A stretch of 64,000 bases of DNA from Trichodelitschia bisporula (Eukaryota), in NCBI GenBank assembly GCA_010356995.1, contig ML996691.1:1246174-1310173 (forward strand), read 5' to 3'. A model generated the notes under the pieces. That model was not told the DNA's origin. It saw only the letters and a program-made list of their open reading frames with translations, and made no database searches. Positions 12,649 through 26,142 of this stretch are shown piece by piece (within the stretch, counting starts at the first letter, position 1; each line of letters starts with the position of its first letter). The position numbers and the translations under genes are program-made.

Positions 12649-15055
12649 CTAGTCCTCGTCCTCCTCACTCTCCTCCTCACCCGAACTCTCCTCCTCATTC
12701 AAATACTCAACCAACTCAGTAGCCTTCTCCCTAATCCTCAGCATATCATCCCCCTCCCTACTCTTCTCATCCTCAAACCACTGCAACGCCCCCTCCGCCT
12801 CAACAACATCCAGCGCAACCAGATTCTTGAGCACATGCAGGAATATCAAATCCCCATCCTTGCGATGGCTCAGATCCTGCTGCAGCAGCAGTAGGAAATC
12901 ATGCTGATCCGGCTTTTCGCTGCTCTCATCGCCCCGGTCGAACATCGTCCGGCTAATCAGGCTCTCACATGGAGTAAGCACTTCCTTCGCCGTCTGTGCG
13001 ATCGAGCCCCCTCCTTCGACGAGCTGGACGATGCGCTTCATGAACGCCGAGACTACCGCCCGGCGCACCTGGTGCTCCGACGCATTGGTGCTGAGCCGCA
13101 GGGCACTCAGCTCGAGCGCCATGTTGGCCGCGAGATCGCCGCGCTGCAGGCCGTCGAGGAGGGAATTTGCGGCCTCGTGATGGAAGTCGCGGGCCATGCC
13201 GGCGTCGTGGCTGTCGTCTGAAGCAATACTGAGGAATGATGATCCAGCGGAGCGGGTGCGCTTAGGACGATCTTCCAGGTCGGATTCTTCGTCGTCGAAG
13301 TCGTTGAAGGAGGATATGGAGTCAATAGAGACGGCGAATGTGGCGTCAGAGTAGACTATCCCGTTAGTAGAGTCTCTCGCGAGGCTGAGGAAGGATTTAC
13401 CGAGCCCTGTGCCCTTGAGTCCGGGGAGATCCTCGTCCTCGTCTTCCGAGTCGTGGTACTCGAATCCATCTCCATTACGCCCAACAATTTCAGCATCCGG
13501 CGAACCCTTCTCAGCAGGAGCCGAGTCTTCATCATGTCGTCTCCGCTTCGTGGTCGTGATCCGACGCTCCGCCCGCACGATTACGCCATCTGCAATACGC
13601 ACACCATACGAGAGCAACGCGCCAGGCAAGATGGTACACCCCTTGCCAATGACAACGCCATTCGCAATTACAGCCCGGCGTATCACACTCCCATCACCAA
13701 TAACCACATCTCCCCAGATGAACGAGTTTTCGATGGTAACGTTTTTCCCGACCTCGCATTTGCGGCCCAGGACCGAGCTTTCCACGACACTCCCGTCGCC
13801 TATCCGCGTGCCCTCTCCAAGCACCGAGTGCCGCCCCACGACGCACGTCCGTGCGAGCATGACGTTTTGCTCTTTGTACATGCATCCCCGCTGGTAGCGG
13901 TATGACTGACTGCGGAGCAAGTTGGTGTCCGGGCAGATGGGATATGCCCAGCGCTCGAGGACATCGCGTGTGACGGCGTCGTACGTTCGCAAGTTGCGCA
14001 CACGGGCCGCGTATCCCTGATTGATGATGTGCGTATGGATGGTCTTCCCGTTGAGGTCGTAATCCTTCAGCACGCTATACAGGTAATTCCGCCGCGGCGC
14101 CTGAAAATCGAAGTTATCGCTCCACAGGGCCAAGGCGTCGGGGGTACAAATATCGATGCCGCAGTCAATGAGATCGGTGTGGACGATCAGCTCAGGGCAA
14201 TCCAGCACCTCCGGCTCGACTCTCGCGATATGGTCAGGGTCACCGGTGATCTGCTCGTAGTGCAGCACGCGGTTCTTGCTTGGGTCGATCATCCAGATGG
14301 GCTCGACACCCATGGCTCTTGTGCGATGCCCGAGTTCTGCCTCGCGCAGCACCATAGTCATGATTGCGTTCTTGTCCTTTTCCCGGCGGGCGCGGTGAGC
14401 GTCGAGGGCGGGTTGCATGGCGATGTTGGCGATTACGTCGCCGTAGACGACTATGAAGTCGTTGGTGAGGATGTCGCGCTTGTCGAGGTCGCGCATGGCA
14501 TCGCCCATGGAGCGGGATGTAGAGCGGATGAGTTCGAGGGACTTGAAGGGTGAGAGCGATTTGGGGGTGGTGGTGCTCCATTTCGACTTGCTGCTTATGT
14601 TAGACGGGTTCTAGGGAGCTTGGTAAAAGTTGACATACTGAATGTACTCCTCCACTTGTTCCGTGTGCGCGGCGCAGTAGACATAGACCTCGTCCACTTT
14701 TGCATTCGCGAGGAACTCCAATGTATACTCGATCAAGGGGACATTCGCGAGTGGTAGGAGACACTAAGCCTTCATTAACATTGCCTCTCCCGCCTAAGGG
14801 CCTGACATGGTGCGCAAAAGGAAGTGGGGAGGCGCGGGGTATAAATGTGCGGGGCAACGCACACGAGGCCTCTCGAGAGTGAACGGTGTGAAGCGTGTTT
14901 CGAAAGAGTCTGCAAGAATCTACACATAGGACATTAGCGCATGCAAGCCAGTTGAAATCGAATGCACACACAACTGCTTGAAGGAGCTCCTCGCGCTCTT
15001 CCGTCTTCGCAGGTTTGCGGCCCTTGTCGGCTGCCGCCGCGGGCTTTTTCGCCAT
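12649..15055 (-). CDS. GCD6: Translation initiation factor eIF2B epsilon subunit
   Basis: N-terminal [57 protein letters not shown] (NF motif); hexapeptide left-handed beta-helix; C-terminal W2 domain. Four introns. Confidence 0.95.
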
Positions 15056-15241
15056 GACGGGTATGAATTGGGCAGTCAGAACCTAGTCCACGGCCGTTGA
15101 CAGTGTGCAAAAGCGAATGAGCAAGGATTCGGGGCTTTCAAAGGCAAATGAGCGAAGGTTCGGCGATCGGTGAGTAGTGATGTTGACGGTGGCGGTTCAC
15201 AGGTCACCAAATGTTTCGCATGTCGATCTTCAGAAGCGGGA

Positions 15242-15248
15242 TGAGTCA
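15242..15248. promoter_or_regulatory. Candidate Gcn4/CpcA (AP-1-type) element upstream of GCD6
   Basis: ATGAGTCA about 190 nt upstream of the GCD6 ATG; motif match only. Confidence 0.35.
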
Positions 15249-17982
15249 GAAACTCTTTCTTCCCCGCACAAGGCCGAAGAGCTATGCACACTTTAAAAGT
15301 CGCAGCACCCCGTGACACCTGGGGATACCTCACCAGGGCGCCACGACTTTTTCATACAGCCCTCTACGACTCCCGCTTCGGCACGAAACAGCCAACGTTC
15401 GGGAACGCAGCCACGCAGCCTACCGACCGCGCAACGGCCCGCTGCACCCTCGCGGACTGGCTTCAAGCCCCAAACAGCCAAACGATCTATACCCACACTT
15501 AAGATGATTACAGTAACTATTTACCGAAGGGGCCGGTCGTCGATCCACAACACGTCTTCATTCCTCTTCCTCTATCCCGTATAGCAACGACCGAGCCTCG
15601 TACTCGGCAACCTCAACAGCAAACATCCAATCTTGCATACATCTCCCAGCACCCTTCGCACCTGCCTTCTCGCTGCGCTCTCAATTCTCCGTTACGCCTC
15701 CGAGCGTACTCTCCACCACTTTCCTACGATATATTCATCCTCGCCAGTGCAACGTAACACTTCGTTCGCCTCTCTTCCCTCTCGCCTATCGATGATCACC
15801 TCTCGTCACTCCCGCCACCCCTAACGCCATCCCTCCCCCACCTCAGCACCACATCTTTTTGGAAAAAGGCCATGAACATGCGTCCGCAAACAACCAAGCG
15901 GCTGCTCAAGGGTCGATAGGATCGGCGACAGGGGGACAAGGCTGGCATCCAGGATTCGAACGAGTCATCCAGGCCCGTGTACGTTCCTCTCGCCATAAAG
16001 CTGTGTCTCCGGCGATGAGAAGAATTTTTGAAACGTATGCGAGCCTAGATAACTACTTCGAATAGTACATACTAGCCTTGTACCCCTTTCGCCGATCCTT
16101 TCAACCTCCGTACAGCCGCATGGTGGTTGTGTTCGTGCACATGTCCATGGAGTTGATAAACAGCTTAGTTCACTGGACGGTGGTGGGTTGGCTGGCAGTG
16201 CCCGTACAAGTACTGAAAGGATGAGAGGAATCGTTGGCCTCCGATGAGGGAAACTGCTCGACTTTATCCGCTGTTCGGCATTCGGATAATCCCCTTCTGG
16301 CCCATCGCAGTACCCAGTTCCGAATACGGCCATGCCTGCATCCTGTGCGACGCTCATCATTAAATAGCACTTGCCGTTGCTTCATTGCACGCCCAAGTCC
16401 AAATCCCATCAGTGACACAGCTCAAATGAAGTATACCATCGAGTTGTGCAAGAGGATGCCATACTTCAGCCTGAATACCTTGATGCTGCCATCCCCGAAC
16501 CTCACAGTTCATCTCAGACTCCAGCTCGAACTGGGGTTAGCCGTTGCCAAGCCGCCAAGTCTCGATCAGAGTACAGGCATGTCAAGATAAGAAAGTTGCG
16601 ATAACTTCATCAACCCCCGAATAGCTTCCCTCTCCAAGTCGATCGAAACTCTCTCCCATCCCAAGCCCCTCCAACAACGCTTACACTCCAGGACAGCCCG
16701 CCCCCCCACCCCTCTCCAGCCCAGCATCCTTCCCCCGCAAACCCACCGCTCAATGACACCCTACCCATCAACCACCCACCACGAACAGCACGAACAGCAT
16801 GAACCCCAAAATCCTCCACAACCCCTTCTCAACGCCCCCCTGGGTCTAGCCCCTCCTTACGCCGTTCCAACGGCCGCCCCGCGCACCAGGCACCAGCACT
16901 GAGCGGGGGTGCGCCTCGCGGCCCCGCCGTCGCACACCTCGCGCCATGGACTGCGTTCCAGACCTTCCGCTGTTCCAGACCCTCAGCCGACCGCGATCGA
17001 GACCGCCGCAACCGCCCCCCAGCACCAGAGGGCGTTTTACCGAACCAGTGCCTGCGTGCCGTCCCGTGGGCTTGGATTGCTTGTGTGCGGGGGCGCGGAG
17101 GGGTTCCGCGGTGCTGGATGAGATTGGGGAGATCGAATGCTTCGTGGTCGGTTGTCGTGGTGCTTGGGTGGTGTCGGTGCGGCTAGGTTCGCGATACAAC
17201 CCCTGCCAATATCAGATGCGCGCAATGATTTTGAACCGGTAAGTTCTGTAGAACGTATCGTTTGCAATTGCAGAGCTGTTGAGTTGTTCTCGAGCAGTGT
17301 GGCACGGTATGCGCTCCAGTGTCTTCACCTCCTCGCGATTGAACCGCCCGTAGACCAAAAATCCTCACCTCCCAAGGCATCACGAATCACCAAACCTCAA
17401 TCACACCCCCATCCCAACACAACCCACCAACTCCTCCCAAATTCCGCCCTCTACCCCTCCCAACACCCCCCAAAAATACCATCCCAGCAATCCCTCCCCT
17501 CCTCCCCCCTCCAAACCCGCTATCCACCCCCCGCCAAGCCAACCGACCGCTCCAGAACACCTCAGCCTCCCGCAAACCGCAGCCCACGCCGCCGGATCAC
17601 CATGCCACCACGGGCGCCCGGGACGTCAAATGCTTACTTCAACCTCCTCCCTCCCCACATTTCACCCTCCTGTCCCCATCATGCCCCTCCTGCCCCTCCC
17701 CGACTCCACTACCCACCCAAAAACGCCGTTACGCTACGCCATTGACGCTACGCCGAACCGTTGCCAACTTCCGATATTGCAACGGCGCCCCCCCGCCCAA
17801 CCTCGGCCTTCCCCGCGCAATATCTCCCAAACCGGGCGCTCCACCGGCAGGTCGCTGCCGGGGGCTTCTCTACTGTAATACCGCATCACGGGCACGCCTT
17901 TGCTCGGAGCCTCGGAATTCAACAGTCTATGTTTCCTGCAACAGGATATACACATTGGCACCGGTGACTATACAAAAATCCC

Positions 17983-18021
17983 TTCGCCGTCGCCGTCGCC
18001 CTTCGCCGTCGCCGTCGCCGT
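17983..18021. repeat. (TCGCCG)n hexamer microsatellite, imperfect
   Basis: About 6 tandem copies are visible. Confidence 0.7.
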
Positions 18022-18681
18022 TCCCCGCACCTTGAGGAAGGGAAGGGACGATGCAAGGCCGCGTATTCAATATTAACAACTACACCCCGTGCCCCATCCC
18101 CACCCAGACCCACCGTCATAGCAAATCCCGTCTCAACCGGCCCATCTAACTTTCAAACTCCGTTTTACACATCCTGGAACACACAACAAAGGCGCGCAGC
18201 GCTGCACACAAGCCCATGCATCCCAGCCACCCAAGAGCAACGGGGAAAGTATTCCGTCCTTCCAAGACAAAAGAATTGGGTATGATGGCTCAAAATTCGA
18301 GCTTCGAGTAAAAAACCCGAAAATAATACCCATCCACCCATGGCCTGGCCCCAGCACGCCACCGCTTCTCCCAGAACAGAATGCCACTCCTCGCTCCCGT
18401 TCCATACTCGTAGCAGCCGGCCCCATTCTCCGTCAAAGAAAAGCATGTACACTTCGGCCTCTCAGCCAGAATTCCATATCCGTGTTCCCCGTTCCCAGTT
18501 CCAGAGATTAATGCCTGTCCCGCCCTTAACGCCGACTACCGGGACCTGTAGCCACCCAAGGCCTCCCTGCCAAAAACCTGCCCGTCCTGTCCGCTCCTAT
18601 ACAACAGGGGTAGCGTGAGCTCTTCGGAACGACCCTTGCCATACCCGCCGGTTCTGCATGCGCGCCACCGTGATCTCCCTG

Positions 18682-21013
18682 TTATTGCCCAAAGCCCATG
18701 CCTCCGGCAGGAGGGTGCGTGGGCGTGGGCGGTTGCATCTGCTGCCTCTGCGCCAAATGCTGTTGCTGCAGCACCACCTGTTGCGCCTGCTGCTGCTGCT
18801 GCACCTGCTGCACGCCCTGCGGCTGCGGCACCGGTTGCGGTTGTGACACCTGCGGCAACATCCGCGGCCTCTTCGCATCCACGCCCTGGGCATCCTCCGG
18901 CGCACTCGAAAGCTCCGAAATCTTCCTCCTATGCTGCATCTGCGGCTGCAAGCTCTTGGCCTGGAGCTGCATTTGTGGGGGGACGGCGCCGGTAGTCGGC
19001 GCGTATTGCATTCCGGGCATGGGCCCTTGCTGCGCTGGCAATCCGCCGTAAGACACGAGGGGCCCTTGCATGAGCTGGCCTGGCATTGTCGGGAGGGCGT
19101 GGTATTCCTCGACTAGTTGCGGGCCTGCACCGACGGGGGACACGCCGGGCATTTGGTTGGGGGAATGCCAGTTGGCGGCTGTGACGGGGGATTTGGTGGG
19201 GGGTTCGTCGTCTTTGATGGCTTGTTGCGCGCCTGGGGCTTGGAGGCCTCGTGGGTCGCCTTTTAGGTGGGCTAGGTGCTTGACTAGGATGGAATGGAGG
19301 CCGTCCTTGGTGAAGGGCTTTGGGAGGACGTCGTTCATGCCTAGTATGTTAGAACCATCCCTGTTAACAATTTGCGGCAATACGTACCATGTTGGAAATA
19401 CATGGCAATGTCGTCGCTGCGGATGTTAGAGGTCATGGCGATAACGGGGGTGTTGTCGATGCGCCGGATGTGAGAGCATGCCGAGATGCCATCCAAGTTG
19501 GGCATGATGATGTCCATCAGCACCAGGTCGTACTTGGAGTTGGATTGCACTTTGGTGACTGCTTCCATCCCGTCAAACTAAGTTTCGTCAGCCCGGCCAC
19601 CACAAGAACTACGCCACGCTTACAGCGCAATCTACGTGGCACTGGAAGTTGTAAAGAAACTTGCTTCCTATCCGCCGACACGTGGGATCGTCTTCGACAA
19701 GCAGGATTCGAGGCTGGCGCACCCATCCGGGGTCAGGAAAGTTGTTCTTCTTCCGTATCTGGCCGTTCTCGCTTTCTCTCGTGGGGGGAACCGTGTACGG
19801 AATGTTGTGAATGTGCGCTTCGAACATCGGATCAATACCATTGTTAGGCCCAACTGGGTACACAAGACTATCCAGCTCACTCATTCTCATAGATCCAGCA
19901 GAACTGGCCGAATTTGGCGCCTGGCGACTGGACGGTCGTGCACGCGCAGCGATGTCCGGAGGTGGCGTCGTCAGCGTGTGGTTGAGCCGTATGGACTGCT
20001 CATTCAGGTGTTCAAGGGCCCGAACGTTGAATGTCTGGTCCGCGTTCGTTTCACTGAGTAGCTTAGCGGCATGTTGAAGCGGCGACGCCGGAGCATCATC
20101 CTCAGCCGGGGCAATGCGCTGCTGCTCCGTTGTGGTGTCGTGTCCGTTAGCAGGGAACGGCGTTACTAATCGGCTGTCCCTGCGCCTCTGTGAGTCAACC
20201 GTGTTAAGGAAGGCCATGACATTCTCCATGACGTGCTCGTGGTTGATGACAGCCTTCTGCAGGCCAAGAACCTCATGCGTGAGCATGTTGTTCTGGCCGC
20301 GGAGATCATTGTAGAGCTCCTGCAGCGTGACCAACTGCTGCTGCGTCGCGACGAGCTGAGTATTCATCATGTCCATCTGCTGCGTCGGTATAGAGTCTTC
20401 CTGTGTCGTTGGAGCTTTCCGGGGCGCGGGCGCCTTCCGGCGGATGTTCTCGAGCGCATCTTTATTGTTGGCCTTAAAATCGGGGTGCTTGAATTCCCAG
20501 GCCTGTAACAGCTCAGTGTGTGCTCCCTCGACGTGGGGGTGCACTTACTCTAGGCCCGTATGGCGAATGTGCGCTGTCTTCATTATTGTGTCGTACTTTG
20601 TGAAAATCGTACTTGTTTAGCTGCCGGACAAAGCTCGCAAAGTTGCTGTGCTTGAAGTGCTTGGGAAGGATTTGTTTCGTAAAAACGTCGGTCTGCCGTG
20701 AATTAGCTTTCTCTCCCATGTCGCTGGACGCGTCACTTACGTCAAGCACGACGAAGCTCTCGCCATCGAGTCCCCAGCGAACTACTGTATTATCGGCGGG
20801 GTTCTCCAACATCCTGCGCATATTAGCAACTGAAACGGGAGTCTGGCCAAGGCGACCGATTGCGCGAGATTTACTTGTACAGCTTGCGAACCTGCACGTC
20901 TGCAAGTTAGCGGAGAACGAGAGAGCGGGCGACGTCGCATCGACGTAATAATGTGGAGCACTCACAAAGTCGCTGGAGCCCGTAGCACCACCACCTCCGG
21001 AATTGGCCTCCAT
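18682..21013 (-). CDS. SKN7: Skn7/Prr1/SrrA response-regulator transcription factor (HSF DNA-binding domain, coiled coil, receiver domain, Gln-rich tail)
   Basis: SSDFVRKLY (includes a 17-nt micro-exon about 20876-20892); LPKHFKHSNFASFVRQLNKYDFHKVR; ILLVEDDPTCRRIGSKFL; LVLMDIIMP (phospho-acceptor Asp); DVLPKPFTK. Multiple introns. Confidence 0.95.
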
Positions 21014-24000
21014 GTCTTCTTATTTTGGAACAAGTACCTAACACTCATTCCAAGCGCCGCCTGCGCAGACGGCGAACGATGTCACCACGGACCCGGGCAG
21101 GTACTCCCTCAACCCCACGGTACGCGGACAGCCGACGTTACCCCTCGAGGCGATTGGGCGATTGCGATGCGACGGAAAAGCACGCCGTGGGCTGTGGGGG
21201 AAACAAAGAAGATCCTCAAGAGCTGGGGTGTGGGTGGCGTGCGGGTAGTGATGCGATGAAGATGCGCAGCGGTCGCGGGATCTGGTGGCCGGGGTTGAAG
21301 ATGTTTAGAAAGGATTCTTTTTGACGAGGCCGCGGTGATGGATGATAATGGGTGCTCGAGCAGCGCAGAGGCCCGGGTTTCCCAGACCTTGGAGACAGGG
21401 CCGATCGGGGGACGGTTAGGGTAGGTCCGAGCCCGCGGCAACGTCAAAGCCAGAGGTACCGTACTAACACTACGGCAAGGAGTGACGGCTCAAAGAGTGC
21501 GCCTCACGTTACCGGGAGAGTGTGGCGGGGGAGGAGGAAAGGAAGGGGGCAAAGGGAGGAACGCGCGCGGAATTAGGTAAAGATGGCGAAGAGTTTTGGC
21601 CTTCTTGTCACTCGACGACGTTCTTCACGCAATGACGCGACCAAAAGCAAAGATGGAAAGGAAGAACCAATGGGGCACGTATTGAGTTCTTCTCGCACTT
21701 CACTCTCTCACTCTTTTGGAGGCAGGGTGGAAACTGATGCGGATTGGAGGCCCAAAAGCTCCTCGGAGACGTGGATGGGAGAGAGGCCAAGGGCGAAGGG
21801 GGAGGGGAGGGGGGGGAGGGGGGTGTGGTGTTGGTGGAGAGAAGACGGAGGGGGAGGGGAGATGAGGGGCTGGTTGGATTCCCTGCGGTGAGAGAGCGAG
21901 TGGCTTGACACCAAAGACCAAGGATGAAGGAAGTCTACTACAACTTCCAAGGGTGGGCGACGGCGGAGCAAAAAAGCTGGCAGCAACAGAGGCAAAGTAG
22001 TGCAGAGTATCCGTAATGTTGAGGGAGATGAGAAGTCGAAGACGAAGTGGGCAAAATGCTCGGTAAACGGGAGATGCTGAAGGGAGGTGGCAAGACATTT
22101 ATGAAGGAGAACAGACAGCGACATACGGAGTACGCAACTGGTGGAATACAAGGACCCCAAGTGCATGTGTTTTCACGATTCCTTCTAGTCGATCTCGATT
22201 AGATACGACCCCGCGTATCCACATACTACGAGTAAACAGCAGCATTGAAACTGTTTCGACCGTGCGATGCCGTTTAGTCAGGCTTCATCGTCTTCTTTTT
22301 CTTCTGGACTTATTTATTTAGCAACCGTTCACTCCTCACTCCCCCACTCGCACCTCTGAATAGATGCACGGTGGTGGCTTTACAGCGCTGTGACAGCTGT
22401 GATCTGAACTGGCAAAAGCACCATACCATCTCCTACGGTAGAAGCGACCCGTGAATGACACGACGGGGATAGAGTTTCTCTCAGCTGTGAGGTTAGCGAG
22501 TCGTCCCAGAAAGCACCGTGAAGAGTGGGGTTTTCTTGCAGGGAGGCATGTATTGTGGCACTTGCCGTACCGAAAGTGGTGAACTTGAAGCCGATGCGAG
22601 GGTTTTATGGAGGCGCAACTCAGTATCCAACGAGAGGGCAGCGTCAGGGACCCTACCACAGTAACCTTAGATGTCCCTCACTACTCCGTGCTCCACCCTC
22701 CCCCTCCACCTCGCCAATCTTCCAATGAACATCCGGAGCGCAGCCCGAGAGGCTGAGAATATGCTCCTCCTCGTCAGTGGCGGGACTTGGCGCATGCGTC
22801 GTCAGAGCGTCTCTCTGAATTGCGCATGGGGCGGAAAGCGGGAGGGGCTGCGCATCGAAAAGACAAAAAAAACTTCCTCAATCCCATTTGTCTCAACAAG
22901 GAAATTTGGTCAACATTTCAAGATGGACCCTGGTACCCACACCAGTACGTTGCGTATCCGTACAAAAGGGTCAAAAGCTTGTGGTCGTCACCTGCTGAGG
23001 TATGCACTACCACAGTAAGAATATCCTCGTCTCCCTTACGGGTAACGCGCAGACACATTTCGTTGCAACTCTTCAAGACTCTTGTGTATTCCGTTCCCGC
23101 CCGTGGCTTCGTATTGAAGCGGTGGAAGACGCGCAAGACTCCCTGCTGGCGGGCACGGCCTGACGGCGGCAGCGGCGAGCATTAGAGCGGACGTTTCCGC
23201 CAGCCGGCCGGCGCGGCATACGGATGGTAATGAGAATGGAAGATTGGTAGTAAAGATCGGCGCACCCAAGAAGCGTCCCAAGGCGAAGCACAGCCATCGG
23301 CGGTATTTGCGCCCCGCTAGGATCCCCGACTCTGGCCCGGTTGGCCGTTGCCGTTTGGGAGAGCCGGGCTGCGCTGGACCCTTGGACTTAGGGTGGAGAG
23401 CGGTTCCGTTGTGCGGGAACGCGCCAGACCGCCGATACCCGTTGTTGCTTGAAGTGTTCGCGGCGTCGCGTGGACGTTGGTTTCTCTCCGAAGATGAACT
23501 ATGGGACTGCTTGGGCGGGACCAAACGGCGTTAGGGTTTCTACCGTTGGCACCGTTCAGAGGTAAGGGACCTGTTACGGAAAGATAGCATTCGCCGCTGT
23601 CATATGATGTCGCTTGCGTGGGCACTATGAACCGAACTCTTTGAGCGGATGAGCTTGCGTTGCAATTGTCGTAAGGTTTTCGCGGCCAGTTGCTGGTGAC
23701 CATTTGCTCAGGACATTTTAGGACGGTGGAGGCCGAGCCCAAGGTCTGGACGCTTCAGCCTGATTTTATCGCCATGGCCCCTCCTTCCGCTACGATGCAC
23801 TCCTCCGTTTCGCCGACAGTTCTGCGTCATCGTTCCTGTCTTTCATCATGACAGTTCTCCGTGGTGGAGGGAGCTGCTTCACGACGTAGATATACAGTCG
23901 GGCTCTACTCCGCACCCGAAACTGCGAATGCTGAGCACTTTCAACTTACATCGGAAACTTAGTACGTGATATCCCCTAATCGAGCGTGCTGCTGATGTCT

Positions 24001-24593
24001 TCGGCATGCAAGGAGTAGACAAGACTGTTACCAGATGCCATGGTCGCGCAGTCATATCTCAAGGCTATAGTAGGGCACAGAATCGCACCACTGCCGGTCT
24101 CCTTTACCTCTTGTCAACAACTTCTCGGAGGTCATGTAGCTTCTGGGTCAAAGCAAGAGCGCTTGCTACCGAGAACAAACCTTCGAGAGACAGCGATGTA
24201 TTGCTTTTGCTTGGGTGCTTACACCGCTGTGGCCGTACGGGCTGTTGCATATATTGATGTAGTGAAGGGCGGAGGAAGGGCAGGCTGAATGGCAAGGCAT
24301 TGACACGACTGTGTGATTCTGAGACTGCTGTAGCTTACGGTCCTATATATACCTCGCATCGACAAACAACTGAACTGCTTCGAGATTCTTGCTGTGGTAG
24401 TCTCGCCTTCCCGAAGGCGAGATGCCGGGCAGATGACCGCTGCATACATGGGCTGACTGAAAAAAGCTAATTGGAGCAAGGGCTCTAGAACTCCCATATG
24501 CAAAGGCAACTGTGAAAACTGAAGTTTGGAGTAAAGCCGAAGAGAGGAAGACACTCAAGAATGAATACATAATGATGCCGGGTATCCTCATAT

Positions 24594-24694
24594 GGTCCTT
24601 CCTCATATAATACGCACATCATGCCCCTTCCTCAGATGAAAATGCTCCTTCCTGACATAGCGAAGCTCCTTCCTGACATAGCGAAGCTCCTTCC
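24594..24694. repeat. 21-bp minisatellite GCTCCTTCCTGACATAGCGAA
   Basis: Two perfect copies (24644-24685), a partial third, and two degenerate upstream copies. Confidence 0.8.
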
Positions 24695-26142
24695 ATGTCT
24701 ACATCAAATTTTTTCCGTGGCGGATCGGATGCCCGCGAGCCATGTGGGCGAGAGTCGAGACGTCAATCGGCAATCACTGCATTCCATCGCATTCCATCAC
24801 ATTACATTTAACCCCAATTATGCTAGACCAGCGGTTGTGGAGTATAAACAGCACATTCCGGTACGTCTGGACTCTAGACGCGAGGATAAAGTCACTGAAG
24901 GTAGACATCGCCTAGCGGGCCGGAGATTCGAAAGCACCGAACAGCTTTTTGTCGTTGTCCACCCGTCGACACTCCGGCTACGCTCCTGCGCGCCTAGGAA
25001 CAGCCCTAGCGGCTGGCTGCTAACCGCCGGTTCCCGACGACTGCTGGTTCCAGAGCCGCAAATACATGTCTGATATCGACGGGACCGAGCCGCCCGATGG
25101 CACATGAAACGCTCAACTGAACAGACGGCGAAAGAACAGTGTGCCTAGTTCTAGTGTGCTCTGATGTCTGGATTATCAAAGACTTGGCTGGAATATTGAA
25201 CACCAGCAATCCTTCCGCACTAGTTATGGCGCATGTAAGGTTTGCCGCCCGTTCCGAGACGCCCTCCTCGTGTGCGACCCCACAGGACGATCAACTGCAG
25301 GGTCTTCCATAGGCGCGCTAGGAGACTGGTCCGGAGTAATTGGCGAAGTGCTGTTGGTTTTCCTGGTCTTCCTCTGATGCGGGTATGCACCAGTGTGAAA
25401 CGACCCTGGACTGAAAGGGACTGGTGGAGACCAGCAGGCGGCTACAACGCGAGAGTCATTCATGGCCATCCCGCGCGGGTGAAGTACCTAACTTGCTCAT
25501 GAGGTTTCTTTATTACCCCACGACTTCGAGGTAACCGAGTCAGATGTATGCAACAATCGTACGTTTAGTAGGCCCGGATTTGCTTCAGGTGAGGTTAACC
25601 GAACCCTCGTACCGTCCTGTACCCGACTTTTCCTTGGTGGTGGGCTAGACGAGATGGCTTTCTGCTGTGAACGCTTATGCCCATTAACATCTCAAACGAC
25701 AACACTCCTGGAAGCTTTCGATGACCCGATTCATTGATGCCTGTCAAATTATGGCTGTTAATGGCTGTTGAGCGGTTAGCTCGAAGCGATGCGACGTCGG
25801 CAGGTATGACGGCACCAGACGACGTCGACTTGTTCACGTGATATTACACCACGATACCTGCCAATGATGCAGCAATCAAGCGCAGCTCCAGCTTCCTTTC
25901 GAATCGTGACCCGTCAAAACCTTTCCACTGAAAACTCCGCATCGTGCCCCAGCCAAGCGAAATCGTGGCGTCGAACCCAATCTCACCAACCATCCCCCCG
26001 CGCTGATTGGCCCACCTCTCACCTCCACTCCAACCACCACCCGACAACCATCACCACACTTCGCAACCCGAATTCCCATCCCCACCCTCAATTCCCCCTC
26101 AACCCCCCCTCCATTCCCCTCAATTTCCTATCAAACCCAACA

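Noticed and set aside
15500..17300. Short ORFs between GCD6 and SKN7
   Set aside because: Frequent stops, no consistent splice model and no recognisable domain.
18698..19051. Metallothionein-like Cys-rich ORF
   Set aside because: Antisense reading of the CAG-rich polyglutamine tail of SKN7.
24644..24694. Direct repeats as a CRISPR-like array
   Set aside because: Head-to-tail copies with no spacers, in a eukaryotic context; a minisatellite.
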